Virus record (IMG/VR): IMGVR_UViG_3300044655_001017
Origin: a virus
Taxonomy: Duplodnaviria; Caudoviricetes
Direction: 5' to 3' (one strand)
DNA: 64,000 nt
Below are positions 19,122-26,982 of this stretch, in pieces (the first letter of the stretch is position 1; every line of letters starts with the position of its first letter). Both the position numbers and the translations under genes were made by a program. The notes beneath the pieces were generated by a model that saw nothing but the letters and a program-made list of their open reading frames with translations, made no database searches and was not told where the DNA came from.

Positions 19122-20000
19122 TTATCTATGTGGGCGCATACAAGTTACAGAAGCTACTGCTTCCCAGTTAGTTGGCATTGCTTTACGCAAATCTGCTACT
19201 TTAAGAACCATACGCAAACTCAATTCACGCATTTTCTTTCTGTGTGTATCGATGTAGTTGAGGATCTCTTCAGCTTCATCTTCTTGGAATTCATACTTGT
19301 CTAGCATACCGTCGCTTACGATTTGCTTAATACGCAACATCTTTTCGCGTTCTGTGTCTATAGTAAGATCTAAGTAGTGGCAACGCGACTCTAATGCTTC
19401 TAAATGATCTTGCAATTTCTTGCTACGAACATGATCAAACTTAACATTTGTAATGAATATACAGCCGCCTTCAAAGTCAAAACTATTTGGAATACCTGCG
19501 TCCTTTAGTATGCGTGACTCTGTGTGCCAACTGATAGTACGCTTACGCCCAGTATCCAATGCTGCTTTGAGCAAGTTGAGCGCAATATCATCAAACAATA
19601 CACTATCGCAGTCGTCAAACACTACGATACACTTCTTGTCCTTATAGTCCCACAGCATTTGATATAAACATAATGCACTGATGTTACCTTTTGCTATAGT
19701 GTACTTCTTTAAGGTTTCATCTTGTGCTACATTGGCGAACACATCATAACGCGATAACACTGTTTCTACACCGTGTGATTTGCCTACTCCAGGTGGTCCA
19801 CTTACGATCATAGCGCGAACATCACCTTTCTTTACTGCACGAGTCATATCATCTAGTATGGCAAACCGTGTGCGCAACCGTTCTACAATCTCTTCGTCCG
19901 TTTCGTGTGATACATGTTCAGCCGGTCTTTGCGCTATAGTACGGTTGGTCTTGATTGTGTCTACGGTGATCATTTGTGGTCTTGCTACTGTTTGTTGCAT
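19122..20000 (-). CDS. AAA+ / P-loop ATPase
   Basis: Walker A GPPGVGKS, Walker B VVFDDCD, FITN sensor, ALESRC arginine finger. Confidence 0.85.
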   Translation of the reverse strand: MQQTVARPQMITVDTIKTNRTIAQRPAEHVSHETDEEIVERLRTRFAILDDMTRAVKKGDVRAMIVSGPPGVGKSHGVETVLSRYDVFANVAQDETLKKYTIAKGNISALCLYQMLWDYKDKKCIVVFDDCDSVLFDDIALNLLKAALDTGRKRTISWHTESRILKDAGIPNSFDFEGGCIFITNVKFDHVRSKKLQDHLEALESRCHYLDLTIDTEREKMLRIKQIVSDGMLDKYEFQEDEAEEILNYIDTHRKKMRELSLRMVLKVADLRKAMPTNWEAVASVTCMRPHR

Positions 20001-20065
20001 ACTTGCTCCGCATTGTGTGTTAGTAAGTGTTTATTATACTATAGTATAGTATGACTGTCAACTGG

Positions 20066-20251
20066 TTATCTAATCATTAGCGATATACATACACCAGTTA
20101 TCAATGGCACTAGATATATAGGTTCATGTGTTTCAATGTAGCCAGCTGCTCCTACACTGACTAATACAGTGACTAATCCAATCCAAAATACTGCTAATAT
20201 TGCTCCAATTACTACTATAAAAAAAGCTAATGAGAATATCGAACCTATCAT
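20066..20251 (-). CDS. Small membrane protein
   Basis: Hydrophobic 61 aa; own promoter. Confidence 0.6.
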   Translation of the reverse strand: MIGSIFSLAFFIVVIGAILAVFWIGLVTVLVSVGAAGYIETHEPIYLVPLITGVCISLMIR

Positions 20252-20511
20252 TGTTGCGCTCCTACGTTGTTTAACTGTTATGCACATTATAACACACTGC
20301 TTTGAACATTGCAAGCACTTTTTTGGCACAATTTTACCACTGTAATACAACTGTAATGATATAGTAGGAATGGGTGGTTGGGCGGCATAGCTACAATAAA
20401 TACCCCATTGTTTTCCACAAAACCCCTCATATCCCCTGTAACCACCATAGGCCTCCTCTATTGTTTACCAAATAGTGCCACGTGTGCCGCAGGCCTAGCT
20501 TTCATCTCTAT

Positions 20512-20731
20512 ACTATAGTGTTTACTATAGTCAGGGTTCTCGTATACGCTACTATAGAGAATCTCTATAATTCTTATACTATAGCGTGTATCATTAGTGT
20601 TATCACTATAGTCTATATTACTGTGTGTATAGCGTGGATATGTGTTACTGTTTGTTATTATACTATAGTTGTTTATGATATGTAAAGGATTATTATTGGG
20701 TTTATTATCACTATAGTCTATACTACTATAG
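20512..20731. repeat. AT-rich non-coding tract with 8 ACTATAG copies
   Basis: Copies at 20512, 20524, 20551, 20578, 20605, 20662, 20710, 20725. Confidence 0.75.
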
Positions 20732-20791
20732 TATGCAATGGATAAGTTGCTTTCTTTTTGTTTTGCTACAAATATGTTGCTTTTTTATGGA

Positions 20792-21055
20792 TTATACATA
20801 ACGTCCGGGACTTCTAGTTGGAAAAGGATAATCTCTCACCGGAACAGCTGTGTATGTCAAATCAATCAAGTGAATAAGTTTAGCAGATACATTATCAGAT
20901 CTCCATGGATCTAGATTCTCAAACTTACCACTATATATGATTTCAAACATAGTAGGGAATCGCCAGTCGTATTTGTCTTTGTGTGTGCAAGTAATAATGA
21001 ATAAGAACGCATCGTCTTGTGTCGTTTGGTATAAGTGGGGAGCAAGTTCAATCAT
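20792..21055 (-). CDS. mini-CLec/DUF1566-like family member
   Basis: MIELAP, DWRFPT, VPVRD. Confidence 0.75.
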   Translation of the reverse strand: MIELAPHLYQTTQDDAFLFIITCTHKDKYDWRFPTMFEIIYSGKFENLDPWRSDNVSAKLIHLIDLTYTAVPVRDYPFPTRSPGRYV

Positions 21056-21336
21056 AAGGTTCTCACTGGGATTACATAGAGTACATAATATTCTTGTAGA
21101 ACTTGAAATCTACCTTCATGCCAAGCTGATGTAAACTGAAAACTTTTATATTCGTTAGCTGTTGGTAGTCGCCAGTCCTTATGGCCATTGTAGTCAAGTG
21201 TAATACAGTATAGCCAAGCTTCGTCATAAGTTATTTCTTGTTGTGTTTGTAGGGCTAGTTCAATCATTTGCTTACTCTTGTGGGTACTGCTATAAAAAGG
21301 GTGTGACGACCTGAGACGTCTAAGCAGTGTATCCAA
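21052..21336 (-). CDS. mini-CLec/DUF1566-like family member (likely start at internal MIEL)
   Basis: YDEAWLYC, DWRLPT, IPVRT. Confidence 0.75.
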   Translation of the reverse strand: MDTLLRRLRSSHPFYSSTHKSKQMIELALQTQQEITYDEAWLYCITLDYNGHKDWRLPTANEYKSFQFTSAWHEGRFQVLQEYYVLYVIPVRTL

Positions 21337-21458
21337 TCATAGTGTCCATCGTGTGTACAGGTATAACAATAAAGCATCGCTTCGTCATATAACAAGGGTT
21401 CGCTCCGTGGGGCGTATTCAAGCGTCATAAGTCTCTTATAAGTCGTATTATCTTCCAA
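21264..21458 (-). CDS. mini-CLec/DUF1566-like member, degenerate
   Basis: YDEAMLYC, HYDW but lacks RLPT. Confidence 0.6.
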   Translation of the reverse strand: MEDNTTYKRLMTLEYAPRSEPLLYDEAMLYCYTCTHDGHYDWIHCLDVSGRHTLFIAVPTRVSK

Positions 21459-21643
21459 TCTTGGTTTGTACTATTTCTCGATAAGTAGGGTATATCGACA
21501 AATCCATTAGTGTCGGTTAGTTCGCGAATAGATGCTGGCCTCCAGTCGTATTTGCCATTATGGGTACATGTAGCCGAGTATAGCCAAATCGAGTCTTGGT
21601 TCCAGTCATATAAATCGCTAATAGGGGATAGTTCGTGTTTCAT
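21425..21643 (-). CDS. mini-CLec/DUF1566-like family member
   Basis: WLYSATCTH, KYDWRP, LIRD. Confidence 0.7.
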   Translation of the reverse strand: MKHELSPISDLYDWNQDSIWLYSATCTHNGKYDWRPASIRELTDTNGFVDIPYLSRNSTNQDWKIIRLIRDL

Positions 21644-21855
21644 ACGTCTCTCACTGGGGTTACATATGTTTGGTGATCGAAATAGTCTCGCTCATACCAC
21701 TGTCCGAGTATCAGAGGTTGATACTTTCTTCCAAAGTGTTCTAGCATCGTAGGCATGCGCCAATCATATTTCTTTTTATGGGTGCAAGTGGCTACATATA
21801 GCCAAGCTTCGTCATATGAGAAGTCACGTCGTTTAGTAGTAGCTTGTTCAATCAT
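21640..21855 (-). CDS. mini-CLec/DUF1566-like family member
   Basis: YDEAWLY, DWRMPT, TPVRD. Confidence 0.75.
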   Translation of the reverse strand: MIEQATTKRRDFSYDEAWLYVATCTHKKKYDWRMPTMLEHFGRKYQPLILGQWYERDYFDHQTYVTPVRDV

Positions 21856-22045
21856 CTCTTGATCCTCTTACTGGGCAGAATTGTATGTTGCGACGTTGCT
21901 CTGTTGTTCTTAGTTTAACATTGCTGGAGAAGTCGCCAGCAGTTGGCATTCGCCAGTCATACTTGTTGTTGTGTGTACAAGTTATCGCATATAAGAATGC
22001 TTCGTCATATGGCATTAAATGTGACATAGGGGCTGCTTCAATCAT
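21848..22045 (-). CDS. mini-CLec/DUF1566-like family member
   Basis: YDEAFLY, DWRMPT, CPVR. Confidence 0.75.
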   Translation of the reverse strand: MIEAAPMSHLMPYDEAFLYAITCTHNNKYDWRMPTAGDFSSNVKLRTTEQRRNIQFCPVRGSRDD

Positions 22046-22292
22046 CTTTAGTTCTCACAGGGGATACCTTCCACATATATGGTACCATTGTCTTACGATT
22101 AAAATCACTAGCATTCCAACTACCGGTTATAATCAAGTCTGCACATTCTTTTATAGTAGGCATTCGCCAGTCGTATTTGTTTTCGTGTGTGCAAGTGTAT
22201 ATGTATAGTTCGGCGTTATAGGCATCTAGTTTGGCGGTAGTCTTAGGGGCTTGTTCAATCATATAGTTCTCACTGGGGTTACATAGAACCAT
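22038..22292 (-). CDS. mini-CLec/DUF1566-like family member
   Basis: MIEQAP, DWRMPT, SPVRT. Confidence 0.75.
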   Translation of the reverse strand: MVLCNPSENYMIEQAPKTTAKLDAYNAELYIYTCTHENKYDWRMPTIKECADLIITGSWNASDFNRKTMVPYMWKVSPVRTKDD

Positions 22293-22456
22293 TCGGATGG
22301 TTGTGAAAAACTATACTTGAGAATATTAGGGTACACTGATACATCTCCAATAGTAGGATATCGCCAGTCATACTTGTTGTTGTGAGTACAAGTAACGCAG
22401 TATAGCCAAGCTTCGTTATAAGAGAGTACCTGGAATTCAATAGCAAACTCAAGCAT
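22259..22456 (-). CDS. mini-CLec/DUF1566-like family member
   Basis: YNEAWLYC, DWRYPT, TPVRT. Confidence 0.75.
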   Translation of the reverse strand: MLEFAIEFQVLSYNEAWLYCVTCTHNNKYDWRYPTIGDVSVYPNILKYSFSQPSEWFYVTPVRTI

Positions 22457-22673
22457 CTGTATCCCTCACTGCTATTAAAATAAAGCGGTCGAGTGGCTCT
22501 ATATATGGACTTTTGATTAGTGAATCACACCATATTGGACCATCTGTAAGTTTTACGCATTCATCGCGTGTTGGGAAACGCCAATCGTACTTGTTTTCGT
22601 GTGTTAGTGTCCAAATGTAAAGTTCAGCTTCTTCACACGATTTTGAGTGTGATAAAATTTTAGCTTCAATCAT
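22449..22673 (-). CDS. mini-CLec/DUF1566-like family member
   Basis: DWRFPT, AVRD. Confidence 0.75.
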   Translation of the reverse strand: MIEAKILSHSKSCEEAELYIWTLTHENKYDWRFPTRDECVKLTDGPIWCDSLIKSPYIEPLDRFILIAVRDTDA

Positions 22674-22890
22674 CTTTATCTCTCACTGGGTGTATGTACC
22701 ATGCAACACCTGCGTAACGATAAGTCTCATAAGGCAGATGGAACCAATGCGAATCCATATTATATATTGAGCATTCAGTAAACGTAGGTATTCGCCAATC
22801 ATACTTGTTGTTATATGTTAAGGTAGCACAGTATAGCCAGGCTATATCATACGAACACTTTGTCTTATGCTTTGTTGCTTGTTCAATCAT
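22666..22890 (-). CDS. mini-CLec/DUF1566-like family member
   Basis: AWLYC, DWRIPT, HPVRD. Confidence 0.75.
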   Translation of the reverse strand: MIEQATKHKTKCSYDIAWLYCATLTYNNKYDWRIPTFTECSIYNMDSHWFHLPYETYRYAGVAWYIHPVRDKDD

Positions 22891-23137
22891 CTTTATCTCT
22901 CACTGGGTAAACTGCTCTTTCTAAATCCTTATTGTTATAGTCATACCAGGTGCTATGCCAGGTCAGAGGAGGCATCTCATCAGTGTCATCATATTCTGCT
23001 GATGTCGGAAACCGCCAGTCATATTTGTTGTTGTGGGTTAGGGTATAGATGTATAACATTGCTTCGTCTATTGTTACAAAGCAGTCGTCATGTGGTCCTA
23101 ATTCAATCATATAGTTCTCACTGGGATCAATGCGCAT
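22883..23137 (-). CDS. mini-CLec/DUF1566-like family member
   Basis: MIELGP, DWRFPT, YPVRD. Confidence 0.75.
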   Translation of the reverse strand: MRIDPSENYMIELGPHDDCFVTIDEAMLYIYTLTHNNKYDWRFPTSAEYDDTDEMPPLTWHSTWYDYNNKDLERAVYPVRDKDD

Positions 23138-23334
23138 TTCATATCATCCAACTGACCCATAAGATCATGCTGATGCCAACATACTGGGCGTTTGGGTAGA
23201 GCAGGCGTAGCGTGCCGTAGTTCCATTATAGTAGGGAGCCTCCAATCGTAGTGATTGTTATAGGTTAGCGTCATCGTGTATAGTTCAGCTTCATCTATAG
23301 TAACAAACTTGATCATAGGTGCTTGTTCAAACAT
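23107..23334 (-). CDS. mini-CLec/DUF1566-like family member
   Basis: DWRLPT, IPVRT. Confidence 0.75.
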   Translation of the reverse strand: MFEQAPMIKFVTIDEAELYTMTLTYNNHYDWRLPTIMELRHATPALPKRPVCWHQHDLMGQLDDMKCALIPVRTI

Positions 23335-23545
23335 CTTTATCTCTCACTGGAATTACATAAAGTTCCATCCATAGGACCATATCGGGTATTCTATCAATAT
23401 GCCAAGTAGTAGCTGGGAAGTGGTTGTGTTCTTTTGATGTAGGCATACGCCAGTCATATTTTCGTCTATCGGTACAGGTATAACAATACAGCAATGCTTC
23501 GTCATACTCTAATTGTTGTGCTGATTGGTATCCTGTTTCAATCAT
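23327..23545 (-). CDS. mini-CLec/DUF1566-like family member
   Basis: YDEALLYC, DWRMPT, IPVRD. Confidence 0.75.
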   Translation of the reverse strand: MIETGYQSAQQLEYDEALLYCYTCTDRRKYDWRMPTSKEHNHFPATTWHIDRIPDMVLWMELYVIPVRDKDV

Positions 23546-23760
23546 ATATCTCTCACTGGGTAAACAAGCATTTGGCTAAGACTAGAACTAAGATAGTACG
23601 GGTTCGTCCAGCCGCTATAGTTTCGCATTTGATGGCTATTCATTTCCTTCCAAGTAGGCAATCTCCAATCTCTATATCCGTTATGTTCTAGTGTAATACA
23701 GTATAGCCAGGCTTCATCTAATATTAGTGTATGAGATGAGCATGGGCCTATTTCTAACAT
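23542..23760 (-). CDS. mini-CLec/DUF1566-like family member
   Basis: DEAWLYC, DWRLPT, YPVRD. Confidence 0.75.
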   Translation of the reverse strand: MLEIGPCSSHTLILDEAWLYCITLEHNGYRDWRLPTWKEMNSHQMRNYSGWTNPYYLSSSLSQMLVYPVRDI

Positions 23761-23969
23761 TTATCTCTTACCAATATCAGATGCATTAGGTCAATGTCTG
23801 GATCTTGGAATGCTGGAGAATCAGTCCATGACCATCCAATGCCTATGTTATAGGTCTCTTGATAAGTAGGAAACCTCCAGTCGTTATGTCCGTTGTGTGT
23901 ACAAGTTAGCATATAAAGAAAAGCTTGGTTATATGTTAGGTTACATTCTATAGGTGTTCCTTCAATCAT
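23754..23969 (-). CDS. mini-CLec/DUF1566-like family member
   Basis: DWRFPT, LVRD. Confidence 0.75.
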   Translation of the reverse strand: MIEGTPIECNLTYNQAFLYMLTCTHNGHNDWRFPTYQETYNIGIGWSWTDSPAFQDPDIDLMHLILVRDKC

Positions 23970-24180
23970 TCTTATCCCTCACTGGTACTACATACCATGC
24001 TCTGCGCCAGTCTGGCTTAGTTTCATACCACACTCCACTAACTAGAGCTAAATCAAAATACTCAGCTCTAGTTGGTAATCGCCAATCATAATATCCCTTA
24101 TGGTCACATGTTAAACAGGTTAAGAATGCATCGTCGTATTCGATAATGCCTCTTTCTAATTTTGGTCCAAACTCTAACAT
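23962..24180 (-). CDS. mini-CLec/DUF1566-like family member
   Basis: DWRLPT, VPVRD. Confidence 0.75.
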   Translation of the reverse strand: MLEFGPKLERGIIEYDDAFLTCLTCDHKGYYDWRLPTRAEYFDLALVSGVWYETKPDWRRAWYVVPVRDKND

Positions 24181-24434
24181 ACATCTCTCACTGGAATAAC
24201 TTTAGCTTTAAAGGGAACCACTGACCTGTTATCTAAATCAAACATTTCAAACAATGGGTCACGTACTGTGGTTTCAGTCCACACTAATATTACTTCTCGG
24301 TTTAGTATTTGTCTCATTTGAGGTAGTTCTTCAAATGTAGGCAAGCGATAACCCTTTTGGAAGAATATGTGCATCAATGCTTCGTTTTGTGTAGAATGTT
24401 CAAGCCATAGTTCTTTAGGTGCTAGTTCTATCAT
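24174..24434 (-). CDS. mini-CLec/DUF1566-like member (short-loop subtype)
   Basis: MIELAP, GYRLPT, IPVRD. Confidence 0.7.
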   Translation of the reverse strand: MIELAPKELWLEHSTQNEALMHIFFQKGYRLPTFEELPQMRQILNREVILVWTETTVRDPLFEMFDLDNRSVVPFKAKVIPVRDVC

Positions 24435-24739
24435 CTGTATCTCTTATTAAACAGTATGTCTTTATTATAACACGTTATGCTGGGTATGTAAACAAATTTG
24501 ACATCTCTCACAGGGGTTAAGTACCAGTTAGTAAACTCATCTACTTTTTCGCGATGCCACGACTTCTCTATAGCTCGGGCAGGACCGTAGTAGTATTCGT
24601 ATTCGGTAGGCATGCGCCAGTCTTTCTTTCCATTATGTACAAACATGAATAAGTTTAATATGGCTTCGTCGTATGTCATACGTTGTGCGAATCTTGGGGC
24701 TATTTCAATCATAAGTCTCTCACTGGGGTAATTGTCCAA
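24431..24739 (-). CDS. mini-CLec/DUF1566-like member with C-terminal extension over an internal promoter
   Basis: DWRMPT, TPVRD then 23 extra aa. Confidence 0.7.
   Translation of the reverse strand: MDNYPSERLMIEIAPRFAQRMTYDEAILNLFMFVHNGKKDWRMPTEYEYYYGPARAIEKSWHREKVDEFTNWYLTPVRDVKFVYIPSITCYNKDILFNKRYR
24464..24492 (-). promoter_or_regulatory. Internal sigma70 promoter within the array
   Basis: TTTACA-N17-TATAAT with extended -10 TG on minus strand. Confidence 0.7.
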
Positions 24740-24936
24740 TAGATTGGGTCGTATGATATCTCATGTGCAAATACATATAAGTCATATTCGTTCCAGCCAG
24801 TAAGATTATGTTTGCTCGATTCATGTAGGGCAGGCAGACGCCAGTCATACTTGTTGTTGTGTGTACAAGTCCAAACATATAGGAATGCTTCATCTCTGTG
24901 TAGTTGAATGGATGGAGGAGCTAGTTCAAGTTTCAT
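24709..24936 (-). CDS. mini-CLec/DUF1566-like family member
   Basis: DEAFLY, DWRLP, TPVRD. Confidence 0.75.
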   Translation of the reverse strand: MKLELAPPSIQLHRDEAFLYVWTCTHNNKYDWRLPALHESSKHNLTGWNEYDLYVFAHEISYDPIYWTITPVRDL

Positions 24937-25190
24937 AAGTCTCTTACTGGGGTTACATAACGAACTATATCACTACTATGTTCTCCGTGATCATCCCACC
25001 CTATCAATGGTGGATTATGGCTTAGCCATTCTTGTAACGTAGGCAACCTCCAATCTCTATGTCCATTGTGTTCATAGAACATGATATACATCTTAGCATG
25101 GTCGTACGTCATCATTTCATTAGACGTTGGAGCTACTTCAATCAAATGGTGAAACCTTATATTATTAGCATAGTAACTGACCTGGGTCAT
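24933..25190 (-). CDS. mini-CLec/DUF1566-like family member
   Basis: DWRLPT, TPVRD. Confidence 0.75.
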   Translation of the reverse strand: MTQVSYYANNIRFHHLIEVAPTSNEMMTYDHAKMYIMFYEHNGHRDWRLPTLQEWLSHNPPLIGWDDHGEHSSDIVRYVTPVRDL

Positions 25191-25426
25191 AGCGATCGTA
25201 CAGGCACTACTCGCATTTTAGCAGGTTGTTGATGTATTTTCTCTGCAAGCTGATCTCTGTCTTCATACCATTTAGGTATTACGTTACCTGGGTAGCGTAG
25301 CATTGTCTGAAAGTATTCCTGTTCAGTTGGAAGCCGCCAAGTGCCTACTGGCTCATGCCAAAAGCAATACATAAATGCCGCATCATAGTTTAAGTCTTGT
25401 TCTGATTTCTTTCCATATTCTATCAT
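25187..25426 (-). CDS. mini-CLec/DUF1566-like family member
   Basis: AFMYCF, WRLPT, VPVRS. Confidence 0.75.
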   Translation of the reverse strand: MIEYGKKSEQDLNYDAAFMYCFWHEPVGTWRLPTEQEYFQTMLRYPGNVIPKWYEDRDQLAEKIHQQPAKMRVVPVRSL

Positions 25427-25665
25427 GTTATATCTCTCAGTGGTATAGCTGTTCCGGTTTCGTCGTCTGGTATAGCGTCGCTATCTATTGCATCTAGTGT
25501 CCATGCGTCCCACATTTCATAATCAACTTCTCGTATAGCGTCGATTAATGATTGCATCTCTCCTAATGTACCCATTCTATAGCCTTTAAGCATGAATATG
25601 TACAGCCTAGCTTCATGTTTGTTTACGTCATACTTCCATAGCTCATGTGGCGCTAGTTCAATCAC
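25423..25665 (-). CDS. mini-CLec/DUF1566-like member (short-loop subtype)
   Basis: MIELAP, GYRMGT, IPLRD. Confidence 0.65.
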   Translation of the reverse strand: MIELAPHELWKYDVNKHEARLYIFMLKGYRMGTLGEMQSLIDAIREVDYEMWDAWTLDAIDSDAIPDDETGTAIPLRDIT

Positions 25666-26030
25666 TTTTTATCTCTCACTGGTTGTGCATACCAGTCTTT
25701 ATCCGTTACTACGTTGTCCTTTTCAACTAGCCATACAGGTGTCTCCCAACCGTTGATAGTTTCCCATTCTTCACGCGTTGGAAGTCGCCAATTCTTATGC
25801 CCGAGATGTCTACAAAAGAGAATATACATTTGAGCTTCATCAAATGACATTTTGTTTTGTGACCTAGGGGCTATTTCTAAGTTTAACATTGTTCTGCCTG
25901 CCCATCTAAGCACCGGCTTAATAACTTGTTCGCTAAGTCCTGTCCTTAACTCTTGCATATTGCTGTTACTGATTACAGGACGTGAAAAGTATGATCCGGT
26001 TGGTGGCGGGTTAGTTGGTATTACTCCCAT
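25662..26030 (-). CDS. mini-CLec/DUF1566-like member with N-terminal extension
   Basis: LEIAP, NWRLPT, QPVRD. Confidence 0.75.
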   Translation of the reverse strand: MGVIPTNPPPTGSYFSRPVISNSNMQELRTGLSEQVIKPVLRWAGRTMLNLEIAPRSQNKMSFDEAQMYILFCRHLGHKNWRLPTREEWETINGWETPVWLVEKDNVVTDKDWYAQPVRDKK

Positions 26031-26218
26031 GTTGTACCTGCTTCACGTATTCTATCGTGGATGTCTCTTTTTGATTCAACAATATTAAACTGATGGCTTC
26101 CTACTACAATCAGACCATCGTGAAATGCTACAATGTCTTTTACTCTAATGTCTATTTCGTATGTGTCTACTTGTACTGTTGACTTATGGACTACTCTGTT
26201 TAATGTTATAAAGCTCAT
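26021..26218 (-). CDS. Hypothetical protein
   Basis: 65 aa, AAGGA RBS. Confidence 0.6.
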   Translation of the reverse strand: MSFITLNRVVHKSTVQVDTYEIDIRVKDIVAFHDGLIVVGSHQFNIVESKRDIHDRIREAGTTWE

Positions 26219-26236
26219 AATGTTTCCTTAAAGAGG

Positions 26237-26271
26237 ATTGGCGTAGTAGGTATAATCACTACTACGCCAAT
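26237..26271. terminator. 13-bp perfect hairpin (terminator or processing stem)
   Basis: ATTGGCGTAGTAG-GTATAATCA-CTACTACGCCAAT. Confidence 0.55.
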
Positions 26272-26275
26272 AATG

Positions 26276-26518
26276 TTATTCGGATTTGCTAATCTGTTGG
26301 CCAAAGCTAATTAAGTAATTACCAAAACATCCGCGCTGTATCATTAGTTTAGTATCAGCGTCTGGTGCTAAGGTCCTAGCAGTTTCCATACATTGATGAA
26401 ATTGTTCACCCTCTGGTGAATCATCTGGGATTGAATACGCCCATATACCAAATATCAATACAGTTGCAGTAATGATATACGAGAAGATGTTGATAGCGGT
26501 AATTACGTGTTGTTTCAT
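26276..26518 (-). CDS. Membrane-anchored hypothetical protein
   Basis: N-terminal TM helix. Confidence 0.6.
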   Translation of the reverse strand: MKQHVITAINIFSYIITATVLIFGIWAYSIPDDSPEGEQFHQCMETARTLAPDADTKLMIQRGCFGNYLISFGQQISKSE

Positions 26519-26531
26519 GTGTTCCTTTTAG

Positions 26532-26807
26532 TTATTGAATTCGGTAGCTAAAGCGATAGTCCGCATTAGGATCAATTTTGCGCATTTGCGCTCTAGTGTC
26601 AGTTCTTGGAAGATGAATCTGTTTGGGGGCTTGTGCTTGTACACAACAGGTCACTTCTAATTTAGTTGGGCATACTTCGTATAGGCTTTCACCTGAACAA
26701 CGAACGTGTGCATAAAACCCAGTAGGGTCTTTATAAGCTGGAATAGTAACTAATGGATCAGCCATTACGTTGGATGTTAGAGCTAATGCTAGTAATACAC
26801 GTTTCAT
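26532..26807 (-). CDS. Secreted Cys-containing hypothetical protein
   Basis: Signal-peptide-like MKRVLLALAL. Confidence 0.6.
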   Translation of the reverse strand: MKRVLLALALTSNVMADPLVTIPAYKDPTGFYAHVRCSGESLYEVCPTKLEVTCCVQAQAPKQIHLPRTDTRAQMRKIDPNADYRFSYRIQ

Positions 26808-26982
26808 ATCTTACTCCCAAGTGTGTTCTACCGTTTGCTCAGTGTCAATGACATCTTGCATTTCGTCTAACATATCTGTTAGTTCTTTATCTGAATACAA
26901 GCCTGGGTTCTCAATATAAGACATTGCACGATCTAATAATTGGATTAACTCGTTACGTGTGTAGTTTGGCATAGTAGTCTCC

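Larger units (their letters stand above)
20792..26030 (-). repeat. Tandem array of 23 mini C-type-lectin/DUF1566-like genes
   Basis: Overlapping stop/start junctions; shared MIE..P / YDEA.LY / DWR.PT..E / PVRD scaffold. Confidence 0.9.

Noticed and set aside
20792-26030. CRISPR array suggested by recurring junction sequences
   Set aside because: Repeats are degenerate, coding and spaced by ~200-300-nt ORFs; no cas genes
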